DNA from: Veterinaerplatzvirus T145P1
Length of the DNA: 44,816 nucleotides
Sequence record: OZ035767.1
Strand: one strand, 5' to 3'
Part shown: piece after piece, positions 9,370 to 19,305 of the stretch
Layout of the letters: the number at the start of each line of letters is the position of its first letter
Numbering within the stretch: the stretch's first letter is position 1
The notes under the pieces: generated by a model
Databases searched by the model: none
The model's input: only the letters and a program-made list of their open reading frames with translations
What the model was told of the DNA's origin: nothing
Made by a program: the position numbers and the translations under genes

Positions 9370-9618
9370 ATGAATAACGTTAAAAACATCATCAAGCTCG
9401 CTGCGGTTCTGTTTGCTTTTTATGCGGTAGTTCAGATTGTAGACCCAACAGGTGAGGCTGATGCCAATAGCAAGGCAAACAAATATACTGTTGAATTTGC
9501 TAAGGCTGAGCGAGCATGTCAGGAGCTTGTAGGTGGCAAAGTTGACCAAATCATGAAATACGGCAAAGAGGTTTGTAAGGACTCGGCTGCTAAGATTGCA
9601 AAAGAAAACACTAAGTAA
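9370..9618 (+). CDS. small secreted/membrane protein (moron-like, own promoter)
   Basis: 82 aa with hydrophobic N-terminal signal-like segment; preceded by promoter-like element 9293-9338. Confidence 0.5.
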   Translation: MNNVKNIIKLAAVLFAFYAVVQIVDPTGEADANSKANKYTVEFAKAERACQELVGGKVDQIMKYGKEVCKDSAAKIAKENTK

Positions 9619-9656
9619 TAGAATACATACTCACAAACAATAAGAGGATTAACAAA

Positions 9657-9971
9657 ATGGCAAAGTTCAAACTTTCACTGGCAGCACTCCCAGACTTTAA
9701 GCTACCAGTAAAATTTAAGCTGGCTAACGACCAGGATGTAGAGGTTATCTTTACAGTCAAGCATAAGAAAACATCTGAGTTGCAGGAGCTGCTTAGCAAG
9801 GAAGACTTGAGCACAAAAGAGCTTATTATGGCAATTGCTTCTGATTGGGATCTGGAAGAAGAATACAACGAAGATAACGTTAATGAGTTCTCAGACCTTT
9901 TCCCGGCCTCAACTGTTGCACTGACAACTGCTTACATGCAAGCGCTTGCTGGTCAGCGAGTAAAAAACTAA
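9657..9971 (+). CDS. tail assembly chaperone (lambda G-like)
   Basis: 104 aa directly upstream of tape measure; ends in slippery heptamer A AAA AAC. Confidence 0.7.
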   Translation: MAKFKLSLAALPDFKLPVKFKLANDQDVEVIFTVKHKKTSELQELLSKEDLSTKELIMAIASDWDLEEEYNEDNVNEFSDLFPASTVALTTAYMQALAGQRVKN

Positions 9972-10291
9972 AACGAGCGGTGTATCTACAGTACCAGTCA
10001 GAGCCAACTGATGCCGAACTGGAAGCTATTGGGATGCGCCGCTCTGATTACGAAGATGAAGAGCCTGAGGTTTTACACTTCGACGACAACATGATGAAGG
10101 CGTGGGACATTTATTGTTCAATGGCTACGCAGTGGAGAGTAGGAGCCAATGGAGCTACAGGGTTAGATTACAACGTGCTAAATTTCCTCTTTAGAGTGTA
10201 TAATGTTTCTGAAGAAGAATTGGTACTCAGCGATTTACGCATCCTTGAAGCTAAGGCTCTTGAGATGATGGATAACCTGAGAAAAAAATAA
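9657..10291 (+). CDS. tail assembly chaperone frameshift fusion (lambda GT-like; -1 frameshift at 9962-9968)
   Basis: Downstream ORF (track 9980-10291) is in the -1 frame relative to G and has no convincing own start; slippery site A_AAA_AAC overlaps the G stop. Confidence 0.6.
9962..9968 (+). other. -1 programmed ribosomal frameshift slippery heptamer (A AAA AAC)
   Basis: X XXY YYZ heptamer at the last sense codons of the G-like chaperone; -1 frame continues open for 103 codons. Confidence 0.6.
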
Positions 10292-10312
10292 CCCGCTTCG
10301 GCGGGTTTTCTA
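10291..10312 (+). terminator. rho-independent terminator (partial, before tape measure)
   Basis: CCCGC-TTCG-GCGGG hairpin then TTTTC. Confidence 0.55.
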
Positions 10313-10326
10313 TTATGGAGGCTTAG

Positions 10327-13308
10327 ATGGCAACAAATGAATTAGCCGGAATCACACTAGCCGTAGATGTCTCGCAAGTAGACAGGGGAACGCAATCCCT
10401 GCAAAAGTTCAGACAGGCAAACCAGCAAGCCGCTTCCGGTATTAGTGAATTCGTCAACGCTGAGCAGGTTGCTAAAAACCAGGCGAGAGATACGGCTCGT
10501 GCACTTTCTGAGCAGCAAGCGTCACTAGCTAAATTGCAAACAGCTATCGACCCAACTGCTGCAAAGTTCCGCAAGCTGCAAGAGGCAGCGGTGGGTCTTG
10601 ATAAAGCATTCGCTGCTGGCGTAGTTCCTGACGAGGAATTTTTCCGCTTAGGTGAGGCGCTAGAAACTCAAAACGCAAAACTTGCTCGTTCACGTGCGGC
10701 GCTAACTGAAGAGGGTAGGGCGGCAGCGCAGGCTGCAAAGGATAAGGCAAAAGCAAAGGCTGAAGCGGATAGATTCATTGCATCACTTGAGCGTCAGGCT
10801 CAAGCGGCAACATTGACGCGTGAGGAGTACTTAAAGTTACAAGCGGCCCAGCTTGGCGTTAGTTCTCAGGCAGCACCCATCATTGACAGAATCGCCGACG
10901 CATCACAGAAGGCAAACACCCAGTTAATTGCTCAGAGTAAGGCTTTTCAGAAATCAGGATTAAGCGCCGGGCAATACAAGAATGCCATATCTCAACTACC
11001 AGCGCAGATTACTGATATTGGCACGTCGCTTGCTGGTGGCATTCCGATTTGGCTTATTGCAATTCAGCAAGGTGGGCAGATCAAGGATGCATTTGGCGGC
11101 ATTGGTAACACCTTTAGATTCGCACTTGCAGCCTTAAACCCATTCAATGTAGCTGTTGGTGTTTTGGGTGGGGTACTTGTAGCTCTTGGTGTTGGTGCGG
11201 CTCAGGCTGAAAGTGAATTCAGAGCATTAAACTCTGCCATTGCATTTTCCAACAACTCTACAATCGCATCAATCTCGCAGGTTAGAGAGTTGGTTAGCTC
11301 TGTTTCTGATGCAACAGGTGCCACCAGAGGGCTTGTGACTAGCATCGCAACAAGCCTTATTGAGCAAGGGAACCTTACGCTGACGCAGATTGACAAGATT
11401 ACTAAATCGACCGCAAGATGGGCGCAGTTGACAGGCAAGGATGCGAAGGAAATTACTGGTTACTATAACCAGATTGCGAGCGACCCAATACAGGGATTGG
11501 TTGATTTGGATAAGCGCTTTAACTTCCTCACTCAGGGGCAGTTGACGACAATCGAAAACCTGAGAAAGACAAAGGGAGAGGTCGAGGCCGTTACCGCCGC
11601 AATTGACATTTTCAGCAAGTCGCAGGAAGCAAACCTTAACGACATAGCAGCGCAGTTAACTCCACTTGAGTTAGCCTGGAATGACTTTAGAAAGTACATC
11701 TCTGACATTTGGGATGCAATTAGCCGCAGAACGGTTGGGGCGCTAAACCTGTTTGTTGACGTAATTGCCGGAACAATTGAGCAGATCAGGGTCTTCATTA
11801 ACCAGGGTGACGTACTGATTGGTGAATTCGTAATTAGCGCAACGCAAGCGCTGCAAAACATTCCTGGTCTTGATGGTGTTGGTGATGATGTCATAAAGAG
11901 CCAGCAGAAGATTATCGATGCAGCCAAGAAGCAAAACCTTGAGCTAGAAAAGTCTATCAAGGAGCGCGATGCCAGAATAAGAGAAGGAGAACTTGGTTAC
12001 GTTACTCGCAGAGAAAATCAGAATACCAATGAGCAGTCAGGCACGGATGAGGAGTTTGCAAAAAGGAAGAAGGCGCTTCAGGATGAACTTGATGCGATCA
12101 AGAAGAACAGGAAAGAAGAAAATGGCAGGGTTAAAGAGCAAAGAGACCTTACAATTGGTTACGAATCTGGCGTACTGGCACTTCAGGCTCAACTCAAGGT
12201 TCTTCAGGAAAATAGGGATATTGGCGCAGTAATAAGTAATGAGCGCAAGCAGTATCTTCAGGATGAAGCCAAATTCAGGATTCTTGAGCAGAGGCAGCTT
12301 GATGGTTCAATCACCAAAGAGCAGTCAAGACTTCTTCTTGAGAAGGATAAAGTCCTCGAATTGGCAAGGCAGAAGGCTGAACTTGGAGATCAGATTGTTT
12401 TGCAGGAGCGAGCCAATAAGTTAGCTGAAGATAACCGCAAGAAGATTCTTCAGATTAACAACGAAGCAAAAAACATTGATTTGGGGGCTGGTCTATCTTC
12501 TCGTGAACAACAGAGAGCCAAAGAGATTCAGGCTCTTCAGTCCAATCAGGTTAATGCTGGTGGCGCAATTGATGACGTGGATTTTCAGCAGCTTCTCGAG
12601 GCAAGACGTAACTTTTATGCTCAGGAAGATGCGCTACGTGAAAACTGGCTTGCTGGTGTGAACCAATCCTTTGCTAATTGGGCTGAGAGCGCGAAGGATG
12701 CATTCTCAATTGCTGGAAGTTTAACCACCACAGTATTTGAAGGCATTACTGACCAGATTACTGACCTTGTAACAACTGGTGAAACTAACTTCAGAGAGTT
12801 CACTGTTAACATCCTTAAACAGATTGCTAAGATTGCGGCTCAGCTTCTTATTGTTAAGGCTATCGAGTCTAGTTTAAGTAGCTTTGGTGGTACTGGTGGC
12901 GCGATTGGCTCTATCGCATCTGCGATTGGTGGTGGATTCGCTAACGGTGGTTATACTGGTAATGGAGGGAAATACCAACCAGCAGGAACCGTACACCGTG
13001 GTGAGTTTGTATTCACAAAAGAAGCAACTAGTCGAATCGGTGTTAAGAACCTTTACGCTCTAATGAAAGGTTACGCAAACGGTGGTGTCGTTGGTGGTCC
13101 CTCTGGCTATGCAAATGGTGGCTTGGTTTCTGGAGGCACAGATGTTAATGTTAGTGGAATTACGGTTAACGTTAATAGTGGAATTGGAAGTGACCCAGAG
13201 CAGGCCAAGGCGCTGCAAAATGGCGTTAAGGCAATTGTAGCTGAAGAGATTTCTCAGTCTTTCCAGCAGGGTGGCAGAGCTTATCAGTACCTGCGCGGAT
13301 TTAACTAA
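10327..13308 (+). CDS. tail tape measure protein
   Basis: 993 aa, long alpha-helical/coiled-coil regions, Gly-rich C-terminus, canonical position. Confidence 0.9.
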   Translation: MATNELAGITLAVDVSQVDRGTQSLQKFRQANQQAASGISEFVNAEQVAKNQARDTARALSEQQASLAKLQTAIDPTAAKFRKLQEAAVGLDKAFAAGVVPDEEFFRLGEALETQNAKLARSRAALTEEGRAAAQAAKDKAKAKAEADRFIASLERQAQAATLTREEYLKLQAAQLGVSSQAAPIIDRIADASQKANTQLIAQSKAFQKSGLSAGQYKNAISQLPAQITDIGTSLAGGIPIWLIAIQQGGQIKDAFGGIGNTFRFALAALNPFNVAVGVLGGVLVALGVGAAQAESEFRALNSAIAFSNNSTIASISQVRELVSSVSDATGATRGLVTSIATSLIEQGNLTLTQIDKITKSTARWAQLTGKDAKEITGYYNQIASDPIQGLVDLDKRFNFLTQGQLTTIENLRKTKGEVEAVTAAIDIFSKSQEANLNDIAAQLTPLELAWNDFRKYISDIWDAISRRTVGALNLFVDVIAGTIEQIRVFINQGDVLIGEFVISATQALQNIPGLDGVGDDVIKSQQKIIDAAKKQNLELEKSIKERDARIREGELGYVTRRENQNTNEQSGTDEEFAKRKKALQDELDAIKKNRKEENGRVKEQRDLTIGYESGVLALQAQLKVLQENRDIGAVISNERKQYLQDEAKFRILEQRQLDGSITKEQSRLLLEKDKVLELARQKAELGDQIVLQERANKLAEDNRKKILQINNEAKNIDLGAGLSSREQQRAKEIQALQSNQVNAGGAIDDVDFQQLLEARRNFYAQEDALRENWLAGVNQSFANWAESAKDAFSIAGSLTTTVFEGITDQITDLVTTGETNFREFTVNILKQIAKIAAQLLIVKAIESSLSSFGGTGGAIGSIASAIGGGFANGGYTGNGGKYQPAGTVHRGEFVFTKEATSRIGVKNLYALMKGYANGGVVGGPSGYANGGLVSGGTDVNVSGITVNVNSGIGSDPEQAKALQNGVKAIVAEEISQSFQQGGRAYQYLRGFN

Positions 13309-13338
13309 TTAACGGGGCTTCGGCCCCTAAGGATTTTT

Positions 13339-13689
13339 ATGGCAATAGATAATTTTACATGGTGTACACAAATCCAGAATGGTGGAGCTGCATTTTCCAA
13401 TACAAACAATGTTCGTATTGTTAGCTTTGGCAATGGTTTTGAGCAAAGAGGAACAGGGGGCTACCGCAGTAATAAGCGCAGCTACCAGATGACCTATACA
13501 AACAAGGACTGGCGTGAGGTTATGGATTTCTGCTTCAATCACATCATCACACCATTCTTCTGGAAAACACCGCAAGGTGATACTTCTATGTTTGTTATTC
13601 AGCAGGATAGCATTTCAGTTACACCAATTAGTAGCGAAGTTCAGACTGTAAACATGCAATTCGTAGAAGTTTTTAGCTCAATGCGTTAA
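13339..13689 (+). CDS. minor tail protein (lambda M-like)
   Basis: 116 aa immediately after tape measure. Confidence 0.65.
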   Translation: MAIDNFTWCTQIQNGGAAFSNTNNVRIVSFGNGFEQRGTGGYRSNKRSYQMTYTNKDWREVMDFCFNHIITPFFWKTPQGDTSMFVIQQDSISVTPISSEVQTVNMQFVEVFSSMR

Positions 13690-13692
13690 ACT

Positions 13693-13716
13693 AAGCCCCT
13701 ATATGGGGCTTTTTGT
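13693..13716 (+). terminator. terminator-like hairpin
   Basis: AGCCCC-TATA-TGGGGCT then T5. Confidence 0.55.
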
Positions 13717-13727
13717 TGGAGAAATAT

Positions 13728-14483
13728 ATGTTAAGTCCAAAGTTTGAAAATCAGTTGCAAAGCCTTTTCCCTGGTGAGATTGTGACACTAATCCAGGTTG
13801 ACGGCACGTCCTTCGGGGGGCTCGTTTATTCGTTCCACAATGAGAACATCTCATACACTCCAGAAGAAATCATGCTGGCTCAAATGAATGGCGAGCCACT
13901 ACCAGAGAAAACCATCACATTTCGTGGTGAAGAGTACGGGCCTAGACCATTTGGAATCTCTGGCATAAATATGACTTCTGACGGAAAGGCCAATAAGGTT
14001 ACATTAACGGTATCAAACGTTGACCAGCGTATTAGTGCGTTAATCCGAACATACAACGGACTTGTTAAAGCTAAGGTTACAATCTGGATTACTACGCGCG
14101 ATAACATCAATGAGGATGGAAGCATTGCTGACGGGGACTATCGCAGATTCGTTTACTTTATTGAGCGACCGAAGCAGGTTGACTACAAGACCGCATCGTT
14201 TGAGCTAAGCAGCCCGATGGATATGGATGGTATTTATATCCCCGCAAGACTTGTTCAGTCTGTTTGCTATTGGGCTTCTAGGGGTTGGTATCGCAGCGGT
14301 AATGGATGCGACTACGCTGGCAATCGTTATTTTGACAAAGACGACAACCCGGTCAGTGATCCGTCTCTAGATTTCTGCGCCGGAACAGTTAATAGCTGTA
14401 AGATTAGATTTGGAGAGAATAACCAGCTTTCATTTGGTGGATGCGCAGCAGCAAGCCTTCAAGCTAAAGCGAATCAGAGCTAA
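13728..14483 (+). CDS. minor tail protein (lambda L-like)
   Basis: Start moved to ATG 13728 after RBS; size and position match lambda L; Cys-rich C-terminus. Confidence 0.75.
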   Translation: MLSPKFENQLQSLFPGEIVTLIQVDGTSFGGLVYSFHNENISYTPEEIMLAQMNGEPLPEKTITFRGEEYGPRPFGISGINMTSDGKANKVTLTVSNVDQRISALIRTYNGLVKAKVTIWITTRDNINEDGSIADGDYRRFVYFIERPKQVDYKTASFELSSPMDMDGIYIPARLVQSVCYWASRGWYRSGNGCDYAGNRYFDKDDNPVSDPSLDFCAGTVNSCKIRFGENNQLSFGGCAAASLQAKANQS

Positions 14484-14492
14484 GGGGGAACA

Positions 14493-15251
14493 ATGTTAAC
14501 ACCAAAAGTTAAACTGGAAATCTTCCAGCACGCAAAGGAAGTTTACCCGCATGAGTGCTGTGGAGTTGTTACGCAGAAGGGCCGCGCTCAGAAGTATCAC
14601 AGAATCACCAATGTCAGCAAGGACCCGGAGAATGAGTTTATCCTTGATTCGAATGAGTATGCAGATGTTCTCTTTGAGTTGGCTCACAATGAATCTATTG
14701 TTTACGTAGTTCACTCTCATACGGGTGATGGCGCAACAACAAGGCCTAGCCCAGCGGATATTTGCAGCTGTAATGAATGCGAGGTTCCTTACGTTATTGT
14801 AAGCATCCCAGAGTTGGACATGAGAATCCTTGAGCCATCAACCATGCCTCTGATTGGTCGACCTTGGGGGCTTGGTAGCTTTGATTGCTGGGAGTTGGTA
14901 ATGGCGTTCCACAAGAAATACGGCGTCAAACTGAATGACTACCGAGTTAATTACCCGTGGTGGGAGAAGCGGTACAATGAAAATATCTATGACGACAACT
15001 GGATTAAGGAAGGATTTGAGTTGGTGAAAACTTCAGATATTACTGTTGGCTCAATGATTATGATGCAGGTCCAGAGTAAAGTAACAAACCACGCCGGAAT
15101 CTACATTGGCAACAACAGATTCATTCACCATCTTTATGGTAAAATGAGTTCCATTGATATCTATTCCGATTACTGGCGAGAGCGCACAGTGAGAATCGTT
15201 CGCCATAAGGATTTACCAGAGGATGTAATCTATGACCCAGAAACTGATTGA
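14493..15251 (+). CDS. tail assembly protein (lambda K-like, JAB/MPN + NlpC/P60)
   Basis: JAMM-like motif HSHTGDG...SPAD; position after L. Confidence 0.8.
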   Translation: MLTPKVKLEIFQHAKEVYPHECCGVVTQKGRAQKYHRITNVSKDPENEFILDSNEYADVLFELAHNESIVYVVHSHTGDGATTRPSPADICSCNECEVPYVIVSIPELDMRILEPSTMPLIGRPWGLGSFDCWELVMAFHKKYGVKLNDYRVNYPWWEKRYNENIYDDNWIKEGFELVKTSDITVGSMIMMQVQSKVTNHAGIYIGNNRFIHHLYGKMSSIDIYSDYWRERTVRIVRHKDLPEDVIYDPETD

Positions 15252-15804
15252 TATTAAGTTAGGTCTGTCTCTAGGCCGCAAGTTTGGAAAGATTCACCAG
15301 ATGGCAGTGAATAGCGTGCCGGAGGCAATGAGAGCACTTTGCTCACAGATTCCTGCATTCAAGGAGTTCATGAATAGCCACGTTGGTCAAAATACAAGGT
15401 ACGCCGTGTTCGTTGATGGTAAAAATGTGAACGAGCATCGAATTTCTGATTTTAGTGCCGTTCAGGAGATACGAATCTTGCCAATTCCGCAGGGTCGCAA
15501 GTCAGGCGGCTTGTTTCAGACAATTTTAGGTGCAGCCCTTATCGTTGTTGGTATCTACACTGGCCAGGCTTATCTTGTTGGTGCAGGTATCTCTCTTGCT
15601 GCTGGCGGTGTTGCTCAGTTGCTTTCACCTCAAGCTACTGGGTTGAAAGACCAAAGTAACCAGACAAGTAACAGGGCATCTTACGCATTCGGCTCGGCTG
15701 TAAACACGGTAGCCGCTGGCTACCCGGTTTGCCTACCGTATGGCTATCGAACGGTTGGAGGTTCGGTGTTTAGCGCCGGCTCGTATAGTGAAGACATTGC
15801 TTAA
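15232..15804 (+). CDS. tail assembly protein (lambda I-like)
   Basis: 190 aa with hydrophobic Gly/Ala-rich segment; overlaps K; precedes J. Confidence 0.7.
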   Translation: MTQKLIDIKLGLSLGRKFGKIHQMAVNSVPEAMRALCSQIPAFKEFMNSHVGQNTRYAVFVDGKNVNEHRISDFSAVQEIRILPIPQGRKSGGLFQTILGAALIVVGIYTGQAYLVGAGISLAAGGVAQLLSPQATGLKDQSNQTSNRASYAFGSAVNTVAAGYPVCLPYGYRTVGGSVFSAGSYSEDIA

Positions 15805-15810
15805 ATACCA

Positions 15811-15836
15811 TACCCGCCTAGTGCGGGTTTTTTATT
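15811..15836 (+). terminator. rho-independent terminator
   Basis: ACCCGC-CTAGT-GCGGGT then T6. Confidence 0.7.
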
Positions 15837-15884
15837 TAGTGTAGAATGGCACAAATGATCAAAACAAACATGAGGCTTTGTGAT

Positions 15885-18800
15885 ATGGCTGAAGATATTA
15901 AGATTTATGGTGCTAAGGGTGGTAGCCAGAAGCAGCACCAACCAGTGGAACAAGAAGACAACCTGATTTCATTAAACAAGGTCAAGGTATTACTTGCGGT
16001 TGCTGACGGCGAGGTTGACCCTAACTTCTCAATGAAAGATTTATACCTTGCTGACGTTCCGGTGCAAAACCAGGATGGTAGCTACAACTATGATGGTGTT
16101 CGCGCTGAGTTCCGTGCTGGCACGCAGTATCAGGACTATATCGCCGGGCTTGACGGTGCTAACTCAGAGATTCAGGCATCCAGAGAAATCAAGAACGATA
16201 CCCCGTACATCATTGCGGTTAACAATACTCAGCTTTCAGCAATTCGAGTTAAGCTATTTTGGCCTCGACTGGTTAAGCAAGAAAACAACGGAGACCTGAA
16301 CGGAACAACTTGCGAGTACGCAATTGACCTTTCTGTTAATGGTGGTGCTTACCAGGAATACACTCGCGGAGTTGCTAACGGCAAGACAACTACAGGTTAC
16401 GACCGAAGCATTCGCGTAAACCTTCCGGCAGAGTTTGATAGTGCGCTTGTTCGCATCCGTAAGATTACAGCTGACTCAACGAGCAGCACACTGGTTAACG
16501 GAATGCAGATTACAACCTATCAGGAAGTAATCGACGCCAAATTCCGCTACCCGCTTACGGCTCTGGTCTATGTTGAGTTTGGTTCTGACTTGTTCCCTAA
16601 CGGCATCCCGACAATCTCAATAAAGAAGCGTTGGAAGCTAATTCAGGTACCGACAAACTACGACCCGGAGACAAGGACTTACAGCGGGACATGGAATGGC
16701 TTATTCAAGATGGCATGGTCGAATAACCCGGCATGGGTTCTCTATGACCTGGTGACAAACCGACGCTATGGGCTTGACCAGCGAGAGTTGGGTGTAGAGA
16801 TTGATAAATGGGGCTTGTATGAAGCCGCGCAATTCTGTGACCAGATGGTTCCAGATGGTAAGGGTGGTTTAGAGCCGCGTTACCTTTGCGATATGGTTGT
16901 GCAAAACAAGGTTGAGGCCTACACGCTAATTCGTGATATCTGCTCAATCTTCCGTGGTCTGACTTTCTATGACGGCGAAAAGATTGGCATCGTGGTTGAT
17001 AAGCCTCGCAACCCATCTTACATATTCACCAACGATAACGTTGTAAATGGATTGTTCAGCCGAACCTTTGCCAGTGATAAAAGCCTTTACACCACCGCAA
17101 ACGTTCAGTTTGATGATGTAGAAAACAACTACCAGCAGGATGTTGAGCCGGTATTTGAACTGGAAGCTACTCGCCGATTCGGATTCAATCCTGTCGACCT
17201 CACGGCAATTGGATGCACGAGAAGAAGTGAAGCAAACAGACGCGGCAGATGGCTCCTAAAAACCAACCTGAGAAGCGAAACCATAAGCTTCACTACCGGG
17301 CTGGAAGGCATGATTCCGATGATTGGTGAGGTGATTGCGGTCAATGACGCGGCATGGTCAAGCAACTATCAGTTAAACCTTTCTGGTCGCATTGAATCAG
17401 TTCAGGGATTGCAAGTTTTCACCCCGTTTAAAGTTGACGCAGCGCCGGGTGACAGAATTCTTCTGAACAAGCCTGACGGAAGTCCAGAAGCAAGAACTAT
17501 TGCCAGCGTTTCGGAAGATGGTAGGACAATCAACCTTAACACTGCTTTTAGCTTTGTTGCTCAGCCAGACACGGTATTTGCAATCGACAAGGATAACCTT
17601 GCTCTTCAGCAGTACGTTGTGACCGGGATTCAAAAGGCAGATACTGACGGCTCGGATTCATTCCAGTATACGATTACCGCTGTAGAGTATGACCCGAACA
17701 AGTATGACGAGATTGACTACGGCGTTAACATCGTTGACCGCCCAACTTCAATTGTTGAGCCTGACAGATTGTCGCCACCAGAAAACCTGACCGTGTCAAG
17801 TTATAGTAAGGTTGTTCAGGGCTTGTCGGTTGAGACGATGGTTATCGGATGGGATAAAGCGCCATACGCCAAAACATACAATGTTCAGTGGAGGAAAGAA
17901 AATGGTAACTGGATTAACGTACCAAGAACAGCAAGTACAGAGGTTGATATCGAAGGTATTTACGCGGGAATCTATGATGTTAGGGTTCGCAGCGTATCAG
18001 ATACTGAAAACGTGTCTGCATGGTCTGACATTGTAACGGTATCGCTAACTGGCAAGATTGGTCGTCCATCGGCACCTACGGTTATAACGGCATCAACTGA
18101 TGAAGTATTTGGTATCCGTGTTAAGTGGGGTTTCCCTGATGGCTCTGGCGATACTGCTTATACTGAACTTCAGCAGGTTGCTGATAATGGTGATGGTACA
18201 TACAATCCTGATAACGCAAGTTTGCTTACGTTACTTCCGTACCCAGCCTATGAATACTGGCACACGCCAATTCAGCCAGGCAAGGTTATCTGGTATCGCG
18301 CAAGATTGATTGACAGAATCGGAAATACGTCTGATTGGTCTAATTTCGCAAGAGGCATGAGTACTGACGACGCCAACATTATCAATGATTACATCAAGGT
18401 TGATATTGAGGGTTCTGAAGGATTCAAATACCTCGAGCAGAATGCGATTCAAAAGAATCAGGACATTCAGAATCAGGCAGAGTCAATTCTTGAGAACGCA
18501 TTGGCTAATGATGGTGATGTTCGTCGCATGACCAAGGAGAACGGCAAACGTAAGGCTGAATATGTTCAGGCGGTGAATCTCATAGCCGATGAAACTCAGG
18601 CACGCGTAGAGGCTCTTACGCAGCTTAAAGCGCAGATTGATGATGAGGTTGTTGGTCAGATTGCAACAATTGAAACAGCGCTAGCCACAGAGACAGAGGC
18701 AAGAGCGACAGCCGACACGGCTTTGAGCGCAAGGGTTGGTAATAACGAGGCGGCTCTAAACCAGAAGCTGGATGCTTTCTCTAATGCCACGTCAACTGGT

Positions 18801-19271
18801 GTACAGTACGGAATTAGTCTTGGCCTGAAATACAATGGACAGACTTATTCATCAGGCATGAGTATGGAACTTGTTGGTACTGGTGGGAATGTTCGCAGTC
18901 AGTTCATCTTTGACGCAAACAGATTCGCAATCAGTAACGGCATTGGTTCTGGTTCCGGTCAGTGGCAGCTCCCCTTCGTTGTCGAGAACGGAAACGTAAT
19001 CATCCAAAGCGCAGTAATCGGCGACGGATCAATTACTAACGCGAAGATTGGTAATATAATTTCATCAAATGATTATGTGGCAGGCTCTCAGGGGTGGGCG
19101 ATACTGAAAAGTGGTGCGTCAGAGTTCAATAACACAACTGTAAGGGGCAATCTTTACGCTAACAATGGTAACTTTGCTTTTAACGGAACCAATAACACGG
19201 TTCAGATTAACAATAACGGAATCACTGTAAACTTACCGAACGGAGGAAGAGTGGTAGTTGGAGTGTGGTAA
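15885..19271 (+). CDS. central tail fibre / host specificity protein (lambda J-like)
   Basis: About 1130 aa; N-terminus aligns by eye with lambda J; start chosen at ATG 15885 (RBS GAGG), could be 15846. Confidence 0.85.
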   Translation: MAEDIKIYGAKGGSQKQHQPVEQEDNLISLNKVKVLLAVADGEVDPNFSMKDLYLADVPVQNQDGSYNYDGVRAEFRAGTQYQDYIAGLDGANSEIQASREIKNDTPYIIAVNNTQLSAIRVKLFWPRLVKQENNGDLNGTTCEYAIDLSVNGGAYQEYTRGVANGKTTTGYDRSIRVNLPAEFDSALVRIRKITADSTSSTLVNGMQITTYQEVIDAKFRYPLTALVYVEFGSDLFPNGIPTISIKKRWKLIQVPTNYDPETRTYSGTWNGLFKMAWSNNPAWVLYDLVTNRRYGLDQRELGVEIDKWGLYEAAQFCDQMVPDGKGGLEPRYLCDMVVQNKVEAYTLIRDICSIFRGLTFYDGEKIGIVVDKPRNPSYIFTNDNVVNGLFSRTFASDKSLYTTANVQFDDVENNYQQDVEPVFELEATRRFGFNPVDLTAIGCTRRSEANRRGRWLLKTNLRSETISFTTGLEGMIPMIGEVIAVNDAAWSSNYQLNLSGRIESVQGLQVFTPFKVDAAPGDRILLNKPDGSPEARTIASVSEDGRTINLNTAFSFVAQPDTVFAIDKDNLALQQYVVTGIQKADTDGSDSFQYTITAVEYDPNKYDEIDYGVNIVDRPTSIVEPDRLSPPENLTVSSYSKVVQGLSVETMVIGWDKAPYAKTYNVQWRKENGNWINVPRTASTEVDIEGIYAGIYDVRVRSVSDTENVSAWSDIVTVSLTGKIGRPSAPTVITASTDEVFGIRVKWGFPDGSGDTAYTELQQVADNGDGTYNPDNASLLTLLPYPAYEYWHTPIQPGKVIWYRARLIDRIGNTSDWSNFARGMSTDDANIINDYIKVDIEGSEGFKYLEQNAIQKNQDIQNQAESILENALANDGDVRRMTKENGKRKAEYVQAVNLIADETQARVEALTQLKAQIDDEVVGQIATIETALATETEARATADTALSARVGNNEAALNQKLDAFSNATSTGVQYGISLGLKYNGQTYSSGMSMELVGTGGNVRSQFIFDANRFAISNGIGSGSGQWQLPFVVENGNVIIQSAVIGDGSITNAKIGNIISSNDYVAGSQGWAILKSGASEFNNTTVRGNLYANNGNFAFNGTNNTVQINNNGITVNLPNGGRVVVGVW

Positions 19272-19276
19272 TAAAT

Positions 19277-19305
19277 AAAGCCCCTTAATTGGGGCTTTTC
19301 TTTTA
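19277..19305. terminator. bidirectional terminator between convergent J and minus-strand tail genes
   Basis: AAAGCCCC-TTAATT-GGGGCTTT flanked by A/T runs on both sides. Confidence 0.7.

Noticed and set aside
9980-10291. Independent gene starting at GTG 9980
   Set aside because: No convincing RBS, non-ATG start, and a slippery heptamer at the upstream stop; better explained as the -1 frameshift extension of the G-like chaperone.
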